Part shown: in pieces, positions 31,891 to 42,572 of the stretch
Numbering within the stretch: position 1 is the stretch's first letter
How the letters are laid out: each line of letters starts with the position of its first letter
Source of the DNA: Nannocystales bacterium
GTDB lineage: Bacteria > Myxococcota_A > Polyangia > Nannocystales > Nannocystaceae
Reading direction: 5' to 3'
DNA length: 64,000 bases
Assembly: GCA_050633305.1 (NCBI GenBank)
Contig: JBOEGF010000008.1
Location: 160,001 to 224,000 of the forward strand
Program-made: the position numbers and the translations under genes
Notes under the pieces: generated by a model
Databases searched by the model: none
The model's input: the letters and a program-made list of their open reading frames with translations, nothing else
What the model was told of the DNA's origin: nothing

Positions 31891-33552
31891 ATGAAGAGAC
31901 TGATTCAAGCAAGCTTGGTGTTGGGTGTCGGCTCGATGCCCGTCGCGGCATCGGCCGATCCAGGGCAGCTCGTCGGCATCGAGATCGACACGGTCGACGT
32001 GGACGAGGACAAGATCCCCGACAACCACTACGGCTACTGGGAGTACTTGCCCACGGACTACGACACCGTGGGCGAGCCGTTCCCGATGCTGATCTTTCTC
32101 TCGGGGATCGGTGAGAACGGCAACGGGACGCTCCCTCCTGGAGGATGCACGGGTCCGAACAACCCTGGCGAGTTCCTGTGCCGCAACCTTCGACATGGGC
32201 CGCAGATGCACCTGTGGAGCCAGCTGTACGGCGGCGGCGCGGCAGACCAATGGGACGACGAAGAGCGCCCATTCATCGTCATCTCTCCGCAAAACCCAGC
32301 GCCGCTGTTCGTCTTGGGCAACCCCTATGACCCGGCGGATATGGAGGAGTACCTCGACTTCCTGATCGCCAACTACAACGTCGACCCGCGCCGGATCTAC
32401 CTCACAGGGATGTCGATGGGCGGCTACAGCGTGTCGCTGCACGCGCTGAACGACCCCGGCCGGTACGCCGCGGTCGCGCTGCTTCCCGGTGTCGGTGCCG
32501 GCTCGCCCGACCCCGAAACGCCGGGCCCGTGCGACATGGGACGCACCGCGCTGTGGGCGTTCCACGGAGACAACGACACTGTCGAGTACTTCGACCCCGA
32601 CGACCTCGCGCGCTTCGTGCAAGATGTCGCCGACTGCCCCGAGCCACACCCCGTTGCTCAACTGACGATGTACCAGGGCGCCGGACACAACGTTTGGGCC
32701 CGGACGATCAACCCCGCGGACGGGATGGACGACCCTGTCTACGATGGCTACACGCTCCCCAACACGACCGTCATCCCGACGGTCCCCTACGACGTCGGTC
32801 TGTACACCTGGCTGCAGCAATACGACCTGCCGGAAGTCTCCGCGGGCCCTGACTTCTCGGTGACCGCCGACGAGGGCTCATTCGACATCGCGGCCTTCAT
32901 CACCGACGACGATGCGGTCACGTTCGAGTGGACGCAGACCGACGGCGACCCGCTCACGCTTTCGGGCGAAGACACCCAGACCCTCACCGTCAGCGCGCTG
33001 GTCGAAGGGAGCTACGACTTCCGGGTGTTCGCGCTCGATGCCGACGACCAGTACGACGAAGACACGGTGACGATCACGGTGCTTCCCGCTGAGGGCGGAG
33101 GTGAATCCGAGTCGGAGGGCACCACCGGCACGGACGGGACGACTTCGACCGACGGAACCACGAACGGCGAGTCCAGCACCGGAGCGAGCCCCGGCTCAAC
33201 CTCCTCCTCCGCCGATACCGAGACCAGTGGGGCTTCGGATGGCGCCACCGGTTCGTCCTCCGGTGCCGCCACGTCCGACTCGGCATCAAGTTCCTCGGGC
33301 GGCGGTACGGACAGCGGTTCCGCATCTCAGACCGCCGGCTCGGCCTCGGACTCCGCGAGCGGAGACGACTCGGCCTCGGGCAACAGCGACTCTGCTTCCG
33401 CATCCGGCAGCGACGACTCGTCAGGCGAGGACACCGACACCGGAGGGGCCAACTCCAGCGACGGTGGCTGCAACGCGGGCGGGCCCCCGCCCCAAGGGCT
33501 TTGGATGCTCGGCCTGTTCGGCCTGGCTTGCGTTCGCCGCCGCAAGGGCTGA
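31891..33552 (+). CDS. Secreted alpha/beta-hydrolase with PKD-like domain and MYXO-CTERM-like tail
   Basis: Signal peptide, GMSMGG nucleophile elbow, FHGDND, GHNVW, Ser-rich linker, GGC...hydrophobic...RRRK. Confidence 0.85.
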   Translation: MKRLIQASLVLGVGSMPVAASADPGQLVGIEIDTVDVDEDKIPDNHYGYWEYLPTDYDTVGEPFPMLIFLSGIGENGNGTLPPGGCTGPNNPGEFLCRNLRHGPQMHLWSQLYGGGAADQWDDEERPFIVISPQNPAPLFVLGNPYDPADMEEYLDFLIANYNVDPRRIYLTGMSMGGYSVSLHALNDPGRYAAVALLPGVGAGSPDPETPGPCDMGRTALWAFHGDNDTVEYFDPDDLARFVQDVADCPEPHPVAQLTMYQGAGHNVWARTINPADGMDDPVYDGYTLPNTTVIPTVPYDVGLYTWLQQYDLPEVSAGPDFSVTADEGSFDIAAFITDDDAVTFEWTQTDGDPLTLSGEDTQTLTVSALVEGSYDFRVFALDADDQYDEDTVTITVLPAEGGGESESEGTTGTDGTTSTDGTTNGESSTGASPGSTSSSADTETSGASDGATGSSSGAATSDSASSSSGGGTDSGSASQTAGSASDSASGDDSASGNSDSASASGSDDSSGEDTDTGGANSSDGGCNAGGPPPQGLWMLGLFGLACVRRRKG

Positions 33553-33558
33553 CCCTCC

Positions 33559-34485
33559 TCACCTCGCGCGCGGGCGCAACGCCTCCGGGATCGATGCTTC
33601 GAACCGGAGGCGTTTTCCGTTGCGGTGATCGAGTTCGAGCACGTGGGCATGAAGGCCCAGCCTCGCCTCGGGGGGCCAGACATCCGGCTGGCCATCAACC
33701 CCGTAGAGGTCGTCAAAGCAAAGAGGGTGCCCGCCGTGCGCGAAGTGGATCCGGATTTGGTGTTTGCGTCCGGTGATCGGACGGACCCGCACAAGGCTGG
33801 TGTCCCCGTCGGTCTCCATCCGCTCGAACGTGGTCCGGCTCGGCTTGCCATGCTGGTCGACGACCACGTTCGTCGCGTCCTCGACACGCAAGGGCCACGA
33901 CCACTCGCCGCGCTCGGGCACCACCCCATGCACACGTGCCACATACGTTTTCGCGGTGGTCCGGGCCTCGAACTGGCCGGTATAGAACGCGACGAGTTCC
34001 CGTCGGCGCGCATAGACGATCACCCCGGACGTGTTGCGGTCGAGGCGGTGGACAACCGACGGACACGCGCCCGAATCTGGAGTTTCTTCGTCGTATCGAA
34101 GCTGAAGCCGGCGCAACAGGTTCAGCGTCTGCACGCCCGCGCTCGGGTGAACAGCGAGGCCCGATGGCTTGTTGACCACCACCAGATCCTCGTCCTCGAA
34201 CGCGATGTCCAAAGGGAGTGCCCGAATCGCGTCCAAGTCCTCGACGGCCCGGGGCAAGACGATGCGCACGACGTCCCCCACCTTGAGACGTCTGGCCTTC
34301 TTGCAAACGCTGGCATTGACGGTGACCGCACGGCGGGCAACGAACGAAGCCAGCTCACCTCGCGAACGCCACGGAAGCATCGCCACGAGAACAGCATCGA
34401 CACGCATGCCAGCCTGTGAATCCGGCACCACGTGCTCGACCACCTGGTCGTCAGGCTGTGTGTCGGGCTGCGCCTCCGGCTTCAC
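33559..34485 (-). CDS. RluA/RluD-family pseudouridine synthase with S4 domain
   Basis: RVDAVL S4 domain, NKPSGLAVHP, HRLDRNTSG, GRKHQIRIH. GTG start at 34485 inferred. Confidence 0.9.
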   Translation of the reverse strand: MKPEAQPDTQPDDQVVEHVVPDSQAGMRVDAVLVAMLPWRSRGELASFVARRAVTVNASVCKKARRLKVGDVVRIVLPRAVEDLDAIRALPLDIAFEDEDLVVVNKPSGLAVHPSAGVQTLNLLRRLQLRYDEETPDSGACPSVVHRLDRNTSGVIVYARRRELVAFYTGQFEARTTAKTYVARVHGVVPERGEWSWPLRVEDATNVVVDQHGKPSRTTFERMETDGDTSLVRVRPITGRKHQIRIHFAHGGHPLCFDDLYGVDGQPDVWPPEARLGLHAHVLELDHRNGKRLRFEASIPEALRPRAR

Positions 34486-34507
34486 GCCTGCATGGTACTC
34501 ACCGCAC

Positions 34508-35035
34508 GTGGCCACGCCGATCCCGCCGAAGTTTTATACGCAGGACGCGGAGTTTCCCACCGAGATGACCCTACGCCCGATCGGCGTGGTGCGTTCTCCC
34601 CACAAAGAGCGCCACGGGACGCCGCGCCAGGCCGTGCTTCACGCCAAACCCGAGCTGCGGCCTTCGGAGGAGACGGTCCTCGAGTTGTTTCCTGGGGTGC
34701 TCACGCCACATGCAACCGAAGATCTTCAGGGCTTCGAGATGCTCTGGGTCCTGTCCTGGATGCACCTCAACCACGGGTGGAACAACAAGGTGGCGGTCCC
34801 CGGCTTCAAGAAGAAGGGGCTGCTCTCCACCCGCGCGCCACATCGACCCAATCCCATCGCGCTCTCCGCTGTCCGCCTCCTCCACGTCGAGGGTCTGCGG
34901 TTGACCATCGAGCGCACGGACCTGCTCGACGGCACGCCAATTGTCGACCTCAAGCCGTACGTGCCCTACTGCGACGCGTTCCCGGATGCCAAGGCAGGCT
35001 GGGTCGACGAACGCGGAAAAACACCCGGCAACTGA
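34508..35035 (+). CDS. trmO: tRNA m6t6A37 methyltransferase TrmO (TsaA)
   Basis: PIGVVRSP, TRAPHRPNPIALS, DLLDGTPIVDLKPYVP. Start GTG 34508 or ATG 34565. Confidence 0.9.
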   Translation: MATPIPPKFYTQDAEFPTEMTLRPIGVVRSPHKERHGTPRQAVLHAKPELRPSEETVLELFPGVLTPHATEDLQGFEMLWVLSWMHLNHGWNNKVAVPGFKKKGLLSTRAPHRPNPIALSAVRLLHVEGLRLTIERTDLLDGTPIVDLKPYVPYCDAFPDAKAGWVDERGKTPGN

Positions 35036-35039
35036 GGCG

Positions 35040-36257
35040 CTACTCGAGTCGGCCCGGCGGTAGTTCCAGCCCCGCGACAAAGTGCCGGGGCTGTTTTCCG
35101 TGGGGGACCTTCGTGCGCAACACGAACACGCCGGGTTCGTCTGCCATGTCGTTCTTCATGGCCTGACACCACGGCGCGTAGTCAGGCCAGGACTTCGCGG
35201 CTTCCTCGTGGGTCTCGCAGGTGAGCTTGCCGAAGCCGGTCCGGCGCTCTGGGTGCCCAGCGCACGTTACGGCGGTCTCCGGCCAACTCTTCGATGCACC
35301 CTCGAGGCGGTCACACCACGGGTCGCGCTTGCCGAACGGATCCGCGATGCCACCGTGCGTGATCACCAACGTGACGAGCGCGTCTTGCCCCTGTGCCTTC
35401 ACGGCAGCAAAACATCCGTCCGCCCAATCCTGAAAGCTCGCGTCGAGGAAGACGTACTCTTTGACCCGCTCGGTCCCTGAAGCCGCGACGTTGCGAAGCG
35501 CGATGCCGCCAGCACTGTGCCCCTCGGCGAGCACGCGTGGCTGGACACGCTGCTTTGGCACGCCCAACTCGGACTCCAGAACCCCTGTGGCTTGGTCCAC
35601 CATCGCGTCGAAGTCGTCGATGTAGCGTGGGTCGCCGGGCACGGCCGTCATCCACATGCGGTCGTACATCTTGTTACTCCACCCTTTCCACTCCGGCTCC
35701 ATGCGCTTTCCTGAGCTGATCGGGTACAGCAGCGCCAGGTTGTGACCACCCTTGGCCTGCACGTCGGTCACCGCATCCATCGTCTGTTGCAGTCGGTCCC
35801 AGCCGACCCACGCTTTCTTCGGCACTCCATTCTGGGGTTCGGCGATGTTCTCGGAGTAGGTGCCGTGGAAGTGGACGACCCAGTCGAACGGTTGGTCGGC
35901 TCGAACACCCGGCGGTACAAAGATCACGGTGTCGCGGCCGCCGTTGCCCCGAAGCTGCCCCACCCAGACCGACCCCTCGGTCTCGAGTGCATCCGAGAAG
36001 GCGATCAGACCCGGACGCGCGGACGCTGCGACGAGCCGAGCCCCGGAAGGAACGTTCGAGGGCGGAGGCTCTGCTTCTGATTCGTCTTCTGCTTCTTCCG
36101 GGGCCGGCGCAGAGACCGGGGTCGGGGGCTCGAAGGGCGGTTCGCTCTCCGCCTCGACGGCAGGCGTGACGGCCGGCGGGGGAGCCGTGGGAGCCTCTTC
36201 GGGCTCACGGGGTCCGCCGCAGCCCACGGTCAATACCGCCAACAGGAGCCATCGCAT
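35040..36257 (-). CDS. Hypothetical lipoprotein, alpha/beta-hydrolase-like
   Basis: Lipobox TVGC, HFHG, GHSAGG, FLDA. Confidence 0.7.
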   Translation of the reverse strand: MRWLLLAVLTVGCGGPREPEEAPTAPPPAVTPAVEAESEPPFEPPTPVSAPAPEEAEDESEAEPPPSNVPSGARLVAASARPGLIAFSDALETEGSVWVGQLRGNGGRDTVIFVPPGVRADQPFDWVVHFHGTYSENIAEPQNGVPKKAWVGWDRLQQTMDAVTDVQAKGGHNLALLYPISSGKRMEPEWKGWSNKMYDRMWMTAVPGDPRYIDDFDAMVDQATGVLESELGVPKQRVQPRVLAEGHSAGGIALRNVAASGTERVKEYVFLDASFQDWADGCFAAVKAQGQDALVTLVITHGGIADPFGKRDPWCDRLEGASKSWPETAVTCAGHPERRTGFGKLTCETHEEAAKSWPDYAPWCQAMKNDMADEPGVFVLRTKVPHGKQPRHFVAGLELPPGRLE

Positions 36258-36305
36258 GTCGGGGCAGTGTAGCCCCGCGGCGAACGAGCAGGCACCATCC
36301 CTGCC

Positions 36306-37712
36306 ATGAGCGAGTCGAAGACGGGCTTCAGCCGTGCGTTCTGGGTGGCCAACGTGGTCGAGCTCCTCGAGCGGGCGGCCTGGTACGGGGTGTTCGTCGC
36401 GATCACGCTCTACCTCAGCCGCATCCTCGCATTCAGCGACATCGAGGCAGCGACGGTCTCGGGCGTGTTTTCAGCGGGCCTCTACCTCCTGCCCACGTTC
36501 TCCGGCGCCTACGCAGACCGCATCGGATTCCGTCGGGCGCTGCTGCTCGCGTTTGGTCTGCTCACGCTCGGCTACGGTGGCATGTGGCTGCTGCCCACGT
36601 TGCTCGAGAGCGCAGGCCTGGTCAGCTACGGCCGGGATGTCACGTTCTCCGGCCTGCAGAACACCGGTCACAAATGGCTGTTCATCCCTGTGATGACGTT
36701 CGTCATGATTGGCGGCTCGTTCATCAAGTCCGTGATCACGGGGACGGTGGCCAAGGAGACCACCGCGGCAAACCGAGCGCGCGGTTACTCCATCTTCTAC
36801 GCGCTGGTCAACATCGGGGCATTCGGGGGCAAGACCATCGTCAAACCCCTCCGAGAGAGCATGGGCAACGAGGGGCTGATCGCGCTCAACCTGTTCGCAG
36901 CCGGCATGACGCTGGTCGCGTTCACCTTGGTGTTGTTCCTCTACAAAGCTCGGCCGGGCCAAGGTGAGGGCAAGTCCGTCGCGGAGCTGTGGGGCGCGCT
37001 GGGCGGGGTGCTCGCCCAACGTCGGCTTGTCCTGCTGATCGTCATCATCACGGGCTTCTGGATGGTCCAGCACCAGCTCTACGCGACGATGCCGAAGTAC
37101 GTGCTGCGGATGGCAGGCGAAGACGCATCTCCGTCTTGGTACGCGAACGTCAACCCAGCGACGGTGGTCGTGACGATCGGCGCCGTCACGGCGCTGATGA
37201 AAAACCGTTCCGCCCTCACCTCGATGACGGTGGGCATGTTCGTGATGCCGTTCTCCGCCTTTGCCATGGCGGCCGGAAACATGACCGACGGAAGCCTCAT
37301 CCTCGGAATGCACCCGGTCGCCTTGATGATGATCGTCGGCATCATGTTCCAGGGCATGGCCGAGAGCTTCATCTCTCCGCGCTTTCTCGAGTACTTCTCG
37401 CTGCAGGCCCCCAAGGGCGAGGAGGGCCTCTACCTCGGGTTCAGCCATCTGCACTCGTTCCTCGCGTCACTGCTTGGGTTCATCACCTCGGGCTTCCTGC
37501 TCGAGGCGTTCTGCCCGGACCCCAAGACACTCTCCGCGGCCGACCAGGCACAGCGCGTCGCCGCACTCGCGGGCGAGGGCGCGATGCCCCAGGCCTATGC
37601 GCACGCCCACTACATCTGGTTCGTCTTCGTCGGCATCGCCGCGGTGGCTGCGATCGCCCTGGTGATCTACGGCCGCCTCGCGCCCGAGTCTGGCTCCGAA
37701 CCCGAGTCGTAG
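36306..37712 (+). CDS. MFS transporter, POT/peptide transporter-like
   Basis: ELLERAAWYG (ExxERxxxYG), ADRIGFRR, FYALVNIG, many TM segments. Confidence 0.9.
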   Translation: MSESKTGFSRAFWVANVVELLERAAWYGVFVAITLYLSRILAFSDIEAATVSGVFSAGLYLLPTFSGAYADRIGFRRALLLAFGLLTLGYGGMWLLPTLLESAGLVSYGRDVTFSGLQNTGHKWLFIPVMTFVMIGGSFIKSVITGTVAKETTAANRARGYSIFYALVNIGAFGGKTIVKPLRESMGNEGLIALNLFAAGMTLVAFTLVLFLYKARPGQGEGKSVAELWGALGGVLAQRRLVLLIVIITGFWMVQHQLYATMPKYVLRMAGEDASPSWYANVNPATVVVTIGAVTALMKNRSALTSMTVGMFVMPFSAFAMAAGNMTDGSLILGMHPVALMMIVGIMFQGMAESFISPRFLEYFSLQAPKGEEGLYLGFSHLHSFLASLLGFITSGFLLEAFCPDPKTLSAADQAQRVAALAGEGAMPQAYAHAHYIWFVFVGIAAVAAIALVIYGRLAPESGSEPES

Positions 37713-37713
37713 T

Positions 37714-39528
37714 CTACGACCCTCGGACGCGAGACAGGGCGTACCGCTCGACCAACGCCAGCAGCTCCTCGCCCATCGCCGCGACGGTCGACTCCCGCAT
37801 CCCCGGAACACGTCGCAACTCGTCCAAGGTTTGCGGCCGCACGCGGTCGATCCCGACCAGCGTCCGCCGGGCCATGAGCGCAGACGGCCGGACATCGAGT
37901 TCGCGCGCCTTGGCGCGACAGGCTCGGTCGAGTTCGGGTGCGATCGACGTCGACCCGGATGTGGGCGGCGGGAGGGCACGGTCCCGGAACGACAACTCAT
38001 CGTCATCGACCCCGGCCAGCGCCACAGTGGGCCCCCGCTGGCCCCTTCGCCGCCGCAGCACGCCTTCGAGGACAAGGTCATCGAGCGCCTCGAGCACGGC
38101 CGCGTCATCGTGTCTCTGCAATGCCCCGAGCTCGGGCAAGGTCAACAGGTCGGCCTTGGAGAGTCGCTTGACTTCCCAGCCCCGCAGCGCCCGAGAGAGC
38201 GCCTCGATCAAGACCGGGCGCCCCAACCGACGCAGTGCCCGGACCACGGTCTTGCGGTCCGCCTTCGTCAGCGGCTTGCGTCGTTTCGGCGCTGGCGCGC
38301 GCTTGAGGGATGGCTTGCAAACGTCGCACCGTCCGCAGAGGTCCTCCCCTGGCTCGCCCTCGAGGTACTCGCACAGCGACTGCTGGCGGCACATGCTGTC
38401 CGTCTGAGCGTAGTGTTCCAAGGCGCTGAGCGCTTCACTCGACCCGGCAAGATGACGCTGAATGCGAACGTCGTCGTCGCCGAAGTACAGCACGCAGCGG
38501 GCAGACTTGCCGTCTCGCCCTGCCCGGCCCGCCTCCTGATAGTACGCCTCAGGGCTGCCTGGTGCCTGAAGGTGAACGACCACCCGAACGTCGGGAAGAT
38601 CGACCCCCATGCCGAATGCACTTGTCGCCACGAGCACGCGGGCCTTGTTGGTCTCGAAGGCACGCTGCGCCCGATCGCGAGCCTTCGCGTCGCGCCCTGC
38701 ATGGTAGCCCGCCACCGGGTAGCCCTCTGCTCGCAGGCGGTGGGTCACCGCATCGACGGCGTCGCGGGTCGAGCAGTAGACGATCGCGCGTCCGCCCAGC
38801 GGCCCATCGCGAAGCTTCAATCGGTCGAGTTCGTGGCGCAATGCGTGAACACGGTCGTGTTCCGGTTCGAAGCAGCGCACCACAAATGCCAGGTTCTTGC
38901 GGGCGAAGCTGGCCGTGACCCGCTCCGGCTCGCGCAGCCGAAGCCGGTCCACGACCTCAGCCAGGGTTCGAGGTGTCGCGGTCGCGGTGAGGGCAACAAC
39001 TGGGACATCGAGCCTCCCGCGCAGCTCGCCAAGCCGCATGTAGTCTGGACGAAAATCGTGGCCCCACTGGCTGATGCAGTGCGCCTCGTCGATCGCCAAC
39101 ATCGACACATCGCCCGCCTCCAGTCGCTGACGGAACTCCTCGGTCGCGGCTCGCTCCGGGGACACGTACAGCAGGTCGAGCGTCCCTTGTTCGAACGCCT
39201 CGATCGTCTCGATGCGCTGCTCGGGCGTGCGATGACTGTGCAGCGCGGCGGCCCGCACCCCCTTGCCCCGCAACTGCGACACCTGATCGTCCATCAACGC
39301 GATCAGTGGCGAGACGACGACCGCCGTGCCGCGTCCACGACGACGCGCCACCATGGCCGGGACCTGGTAACACAGCGACTTGCCACGCCCCGTCGGCAAC
39401 AACACCACGACGTCGCGACCGGCCACGGCCGCCTTGACGGCGTCTCGTTGCCCGGGGCGAAACCTCGGATGGCCGAACACCTCCCGCAGCACGGCAGTGG
39501 CGTCAGCCTGCGATCCCAATCGAGGCAT
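37714..39528 (-). CDS. recQ: RecQ-family ATP-dependent DNA helicase
   Basis: [36 protein letters not shown], Zn site CR..C..CGRCDVC, HRDC-like C-terminus. Confidence 0.93.
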   Translation of the reverse strand: MPRLGSQADATAVLREVFGHPRFRPGQRDAVKAAVAGRDVVVLLPTGRGKSLCYQVPAMVARRRGRGTAVVVSPLIALMDDQVSQLRGKGVRAAALHSHRTPEQRIETIEAFEQGTLDLLYVSPERAATEEFRQRLEAGDVSMLAIDEAHCISQWGHDFRPDYMRLGELRGRLDVPVVALTATATPRTLAEVVDRLRLREPERVTASFARKNLAFVVRCFEPEHDRVHALRHELDRLKLRDGPLGGRAIVYCSTRDAVDAVTHRLRAEGYPVAGYHAGRDAKARDRAQRAFETNKARVLVATSAFGMGVDLPDVRVVVHLQAPGSPEAYYQEAGRAGRDGKSARCVLYFGDDDVRIQRHLAGSSEALSALEHYAQTDSMCRQQSLCEYLEGEPGEDLCGRCDVCKPSLKRAPAPKRRKPLTKADRKTVVRALRRLGRPVLIEALSRALRGWEVKRLSKADLLTLPELGALQRHDDAAVLEALDDLVLEGVLRRRRGQRGPTVALAGVDDDELSFRDRALPPPTSGSTSIAPELDRACRAKARELDVRPSALMARRTLVGIDRVRPQTLDELRRVPGMRESTVAAMGEELLALVERYALSRVRGS

Positions 39529-39573
39529 CTAAGGGGCCACGAGAGACGTCGTGTTGGGTGTCACCAGAGGCTC

Positions 39574-41370
39574 CTAACGCTTGAGTCGTCGTAGGCCCGC
39601 GGGCGGAGGGGGCTTCTTCGGCGTCGGGATTCCTGGCACCTTGGGTGCCGCAGGCGGGCCAGGCTTGGCGTCCGCTCTCGCGACCGTTTGCGACTCTGGC
39701 TTCGGCTTCCCCGCGGTGTCGACTTCGGCTGTGGACGGCGGCTTGGGAGCGTCCGATGCCTTCGCCTCCGCGCTCTCAGCCGGAGCCGATGCGGGCTTGC
39801 CAGGGCTGAGGTTCTCCACGGACCCGAGGTCACGGGTCGGCAGCTCGCCGTCACTGTTCTCGTCCGTATCCTCGAAGTCTTCGGGCTCTTCGGAGACCTC
39901 GAGGTCGGTGAGCGAGATGTCTTGTGTGTCGTCCGGCACCAACAACTCGGCGGGGATGGCCGTGTAGGCTCGCGTGGCCTTGTCCTCGAGCGGATCGACC
40001 TCGATCTCTCCCGCCGATGCTTCGAGCTCCGGAGGCGTGGCTTGCTTCTGCTTGATCGCAGTCCCCTTGCCACCACTCCTCGTTGCCGATGTCGTGACTT
40101 TCTCGGGCGGCTCGAAGACCTCAGGCACACGCAAGCGAGACGCGAACGCCTCGGGCACCGACGCGAGGTGAGCCGCCAGCGCCTGACGCGTGATCCACTT
40201 TTCTTCGCGACGATCCCCAACCTCGACCTTGATGGTGAGTTCCTCGGTGTTGGGACTGTGCTCCATGATCGTGCGAATCATCGGGCGGTAGTGCTCGAGA
40301 ATCCGTTCGGCCACATTCACGTATCCCGCAGGAGATTCGACGGGCTCGTCTCGCAGCGCATAGCTCAAGCTGCGAGCGGGAGAGGCCACGACGCGTGCCA
40401 CCTCGGCTTGCATCGCATCCCACAGCCGTTGCATCACCTCCCCGTCCTCCTCGGGAAGCTGGTTCCCGGTACCGTCCGCCAACTCGCCCCGCCCGACTAC
40501 CCGACCCTCGGAGAGTCCGAGGCCCAGACGCAAGGTCACCGGGCCCGCGGCCTTCTTCGCCAACTCGAGCCGCATCGAGTCCGAGCCGACCCGCGCAGCC
40601 GAGATCACGAGGTCGTCGAGGCTGACGTGTGCGGGCTCCTCGGTCCGTCGTAACAGGGTCTTCTTCGTGCCGACCTGCAGCGTCGAGCCCTTGCCGAGCA
40701 GACTCTTGACCTTGCGGGGCTGCTCGCTCTGCGTGTCCTCCAGCTGAAGCTCAGCTCGGAGCCCAGGCAGGAGTTCGAGCTTTGTCGTGTCGAGGTAGCC
40801 GCTCTCTGTCCCACCTTCGAGGTCGCGCCGTACTTGACGCTGCGTCGGCTGCCCACGCAAAGGCAACGCGAAACGGTCCAGTGAAGCGAGCATCTGCTTG
40901 TGAAGCGTGTCGATCCGGCTGCGAAACTCAGCGACCTGCGCATCGCGAGCCTTCTTGTACTGCGCGAGCCAGCCATCGACCTGAGCCCCAAGAGCATCGA
41001 CGGCTTGGTGCCCGTGCTCTTTCATCTCCGCCCGGGACGCGTCCTTGACTGCGTCCAACAGTCCGGACTCCCCCACCCGGCGAAAGCGCTGGAGCTGCTC
41101 GGAGATCTCCGAGAAGCTCTGCTCCGCGGCCTCGAGCTGACGCCAGAGGTCTTCGGTGTCCTCGTGCGCGATGCTCACGTCGCGCGCAAACAGGCAGACC
41201 TCGACGACGGTGTCGAGGATGTTGCTGGGGAGCTGGGACGCGGTGGAATCGCCCAGCAGGACACGCGTAGCCTGACCGGTCAACCGCGGCAGAGTACCAG
41301 CATCAGCGAGGGCCGGCCTGTGCACGGGATGGGCCGCTGCGGGCGAAACGCCACGATGCGTCGGCCCCAC
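39574..41370 (-). CDS. Hypothetical protein (coiled-coil N-terminus, acidic/Pro-rich tail); start uncertain
   Basis: Long ORF with protein-like composition. No family recognised. Confidence 0.7.
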   Translation of the reverse strand: MGPTHRGVSPAAAHPVHRPALADAGTLPRLTGQATRVLLGDSTASQLPSNILDTVVEVCLFARDVSIAHEDTEDLWRQLEAAEQSFSEISEQLQRFRRVGESGLLDAVKDASRAEMKEHGHQAVDALGAQVDGWLAQYKKARDAQVAEFRSRIDTLHKQMLASLDRFALPLRGQPTQRQVRRDLEGGTESGYLDTTKLELLPGLRAELQLEDTQSEQPRKVKSLLGKGSTLQVGTKKTLLRRTEEPAHVSLDDLVISAARVGSDSMRLELAKKAAGPVTLRLGLGLSEGRVVGRGELADGTGNQLPEEDGEVMQRLWDAMQAEVARVVASPARSLSYALRDEPVESPAGYVNVAERILEHYRPMIRTIMEHSPNTEELTIKVEVGDRREEKWITRQALAAHLASVPEAFASRLRVPEVFEPPEKVTTSATRSGGKGTAIKQKQATPPELEASAGEIEVDPLEDKATRAYTAIPAELLVPDDTQDISLTDLEVSEEPEDFEDTDENSDGELPTRDLGSVENLSPGKPASAPAESAEAKASDAPKPPSTAEVDTAGKPKPESQTVARADAKPGPPAAPKVPGIPTPKKPPPPAGLRRLKR

Positions 41371-41457
41371 GTAAACAGCCAGAAACGGCCTTGTACGGCG
41401 CTTTCCGTCGCGATGAGGGGGTCGCGGACGCGGACGCTGCTACAACCAGGCTCGGCG

Positions 41458-42039
41458 ATGGCGCCCAAGGACCGACGCACCTTCTCGTTCCGGGTCGAGC
41501 TGGGATCGGACGCGCTGTGGGAGCACCTCTGTGCGCACGAGGAGGTGCGGGCGAGTGACGACCCCGCACCCGGCCCCTCACCCCCGCACGGCGCTCCGTT
41601 CCTCGTCGCCCGCAGCGGTCCCGACGAGCTCCGGCTACGTCGATGGGCGGGCCCTGCGGACACACCGTCACCGATCGTCGTCGTGGACCTCGAGGACGAC
41701 GAACGCGGGTGCACGGTCTACGGCCGAATCGAATCAGGCACCCCCGGATCGCTGGTCGGCACCGGTCCTCACTGGAAGCGCTACATCCTCCCAGGGGTAG
41801 CCCTGCTGGTGACGCTCAGCATCGGCGGGGCGATTCTCGGCGGGGGCTGGGCCGCGATCGCCCTTCCCTTGCTTCTGTTGCTCTTTGGTGTGCCCGCGGG
41901 CGCCGTCATGCTGCCGCTGCTGATGCTGTGGAATCAGCAGTCTCGCGCGACACAGACGGAGGCCCTGTGGGGCCTCATCGGCGAGGTTTTCACGCCGCTG
42001 GCCCTCCCTGAAGAAGAAGACCCCTCCCCGTTCCGCTGA
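41458..42039 (+). CDS. Hypothetical membrane protein (2 TM)
   Basis: C-terminal hydrophobic hairpin. Start ATG 41458 chosen to avoid overlap. Confidence 0.65.
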   Translation: MAPKDRRTFSFRVELGSDALWEHLCAHEEVRASDDPAPGPSPPHGAPFLVARSGPDELRLRRWAGPADTPSPIVVVDLEDDERGCTVYGRIESGTPGSLVGTGPHWKRYILPGVALLVTLSIGGAILGGGWAAIALPLLLLLFGVPAGAVMLPLLMLWNQQSRATQTEALWGLIGEVFTPLALPEEEDPSPFR

Positions 42040-42100
42040 AGCACGGCGCCGCGGCGGCACCGGCTGGACAAATCGCCCGGCGCGCGCAACAAGGCTACCG

Positions 42101-42418
42101 ATGAGGAAGTCGTTCTCGCTCGAACACCCCAAACACAAGCCAGCCCGGGTGGTCGAGAACATCAAGCACCAGCTCCGGAAGTACATCAAGCGGGAGCGCG
42201 GCAAGACTCTTCCCGAGGACATGGACTTCTGGGCCTTCGACTGCAAGATCGGACGCGAGAGACCCGAACGCACGTTGACGGAGAAAGAGCTCGGAAAGGC
42301 GATCGACGATGCGGCCGCCGAGGGCTGGGAGAGCGTCCACGTGGAGCTGATCGCAACCCCGGTCAAGCGTCTCGGCAAGAAGCCTGTTCCCGACAGTCCC
42401 GAGAACCCGGACGAATAG
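42101..42418 (+). CDS. DUF6172-like small protein
   Basis: IKHQLRKYIKRERGKTLPEDMDFWAFDCKIG resembles this family. Confidence 0.75.
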   Translation: MRKSFSLEHPKHKPARVVENIKHQLRKYIKRERGKTLPEDMDFWAFDCKIGRERPERTLTEKELGKAIDDAAAEGWESVHVELIATPVKRLGKKPVPDSPENPDE

Positions 42419-42572
42419 ACACGCACTGGGCCCATGGTGCTGCCCATCTGGGGGACGCACCGAGGCATGCGTCGGGTCCCGTGCGGCAAACACCCGTGCC
42501 CCCTGTCGGATCCTCGGCCGCCCGGTGTAGTTTCCGCCTCATGCGTAGGTCGGTTCGACGAGGCGTTCAGCC

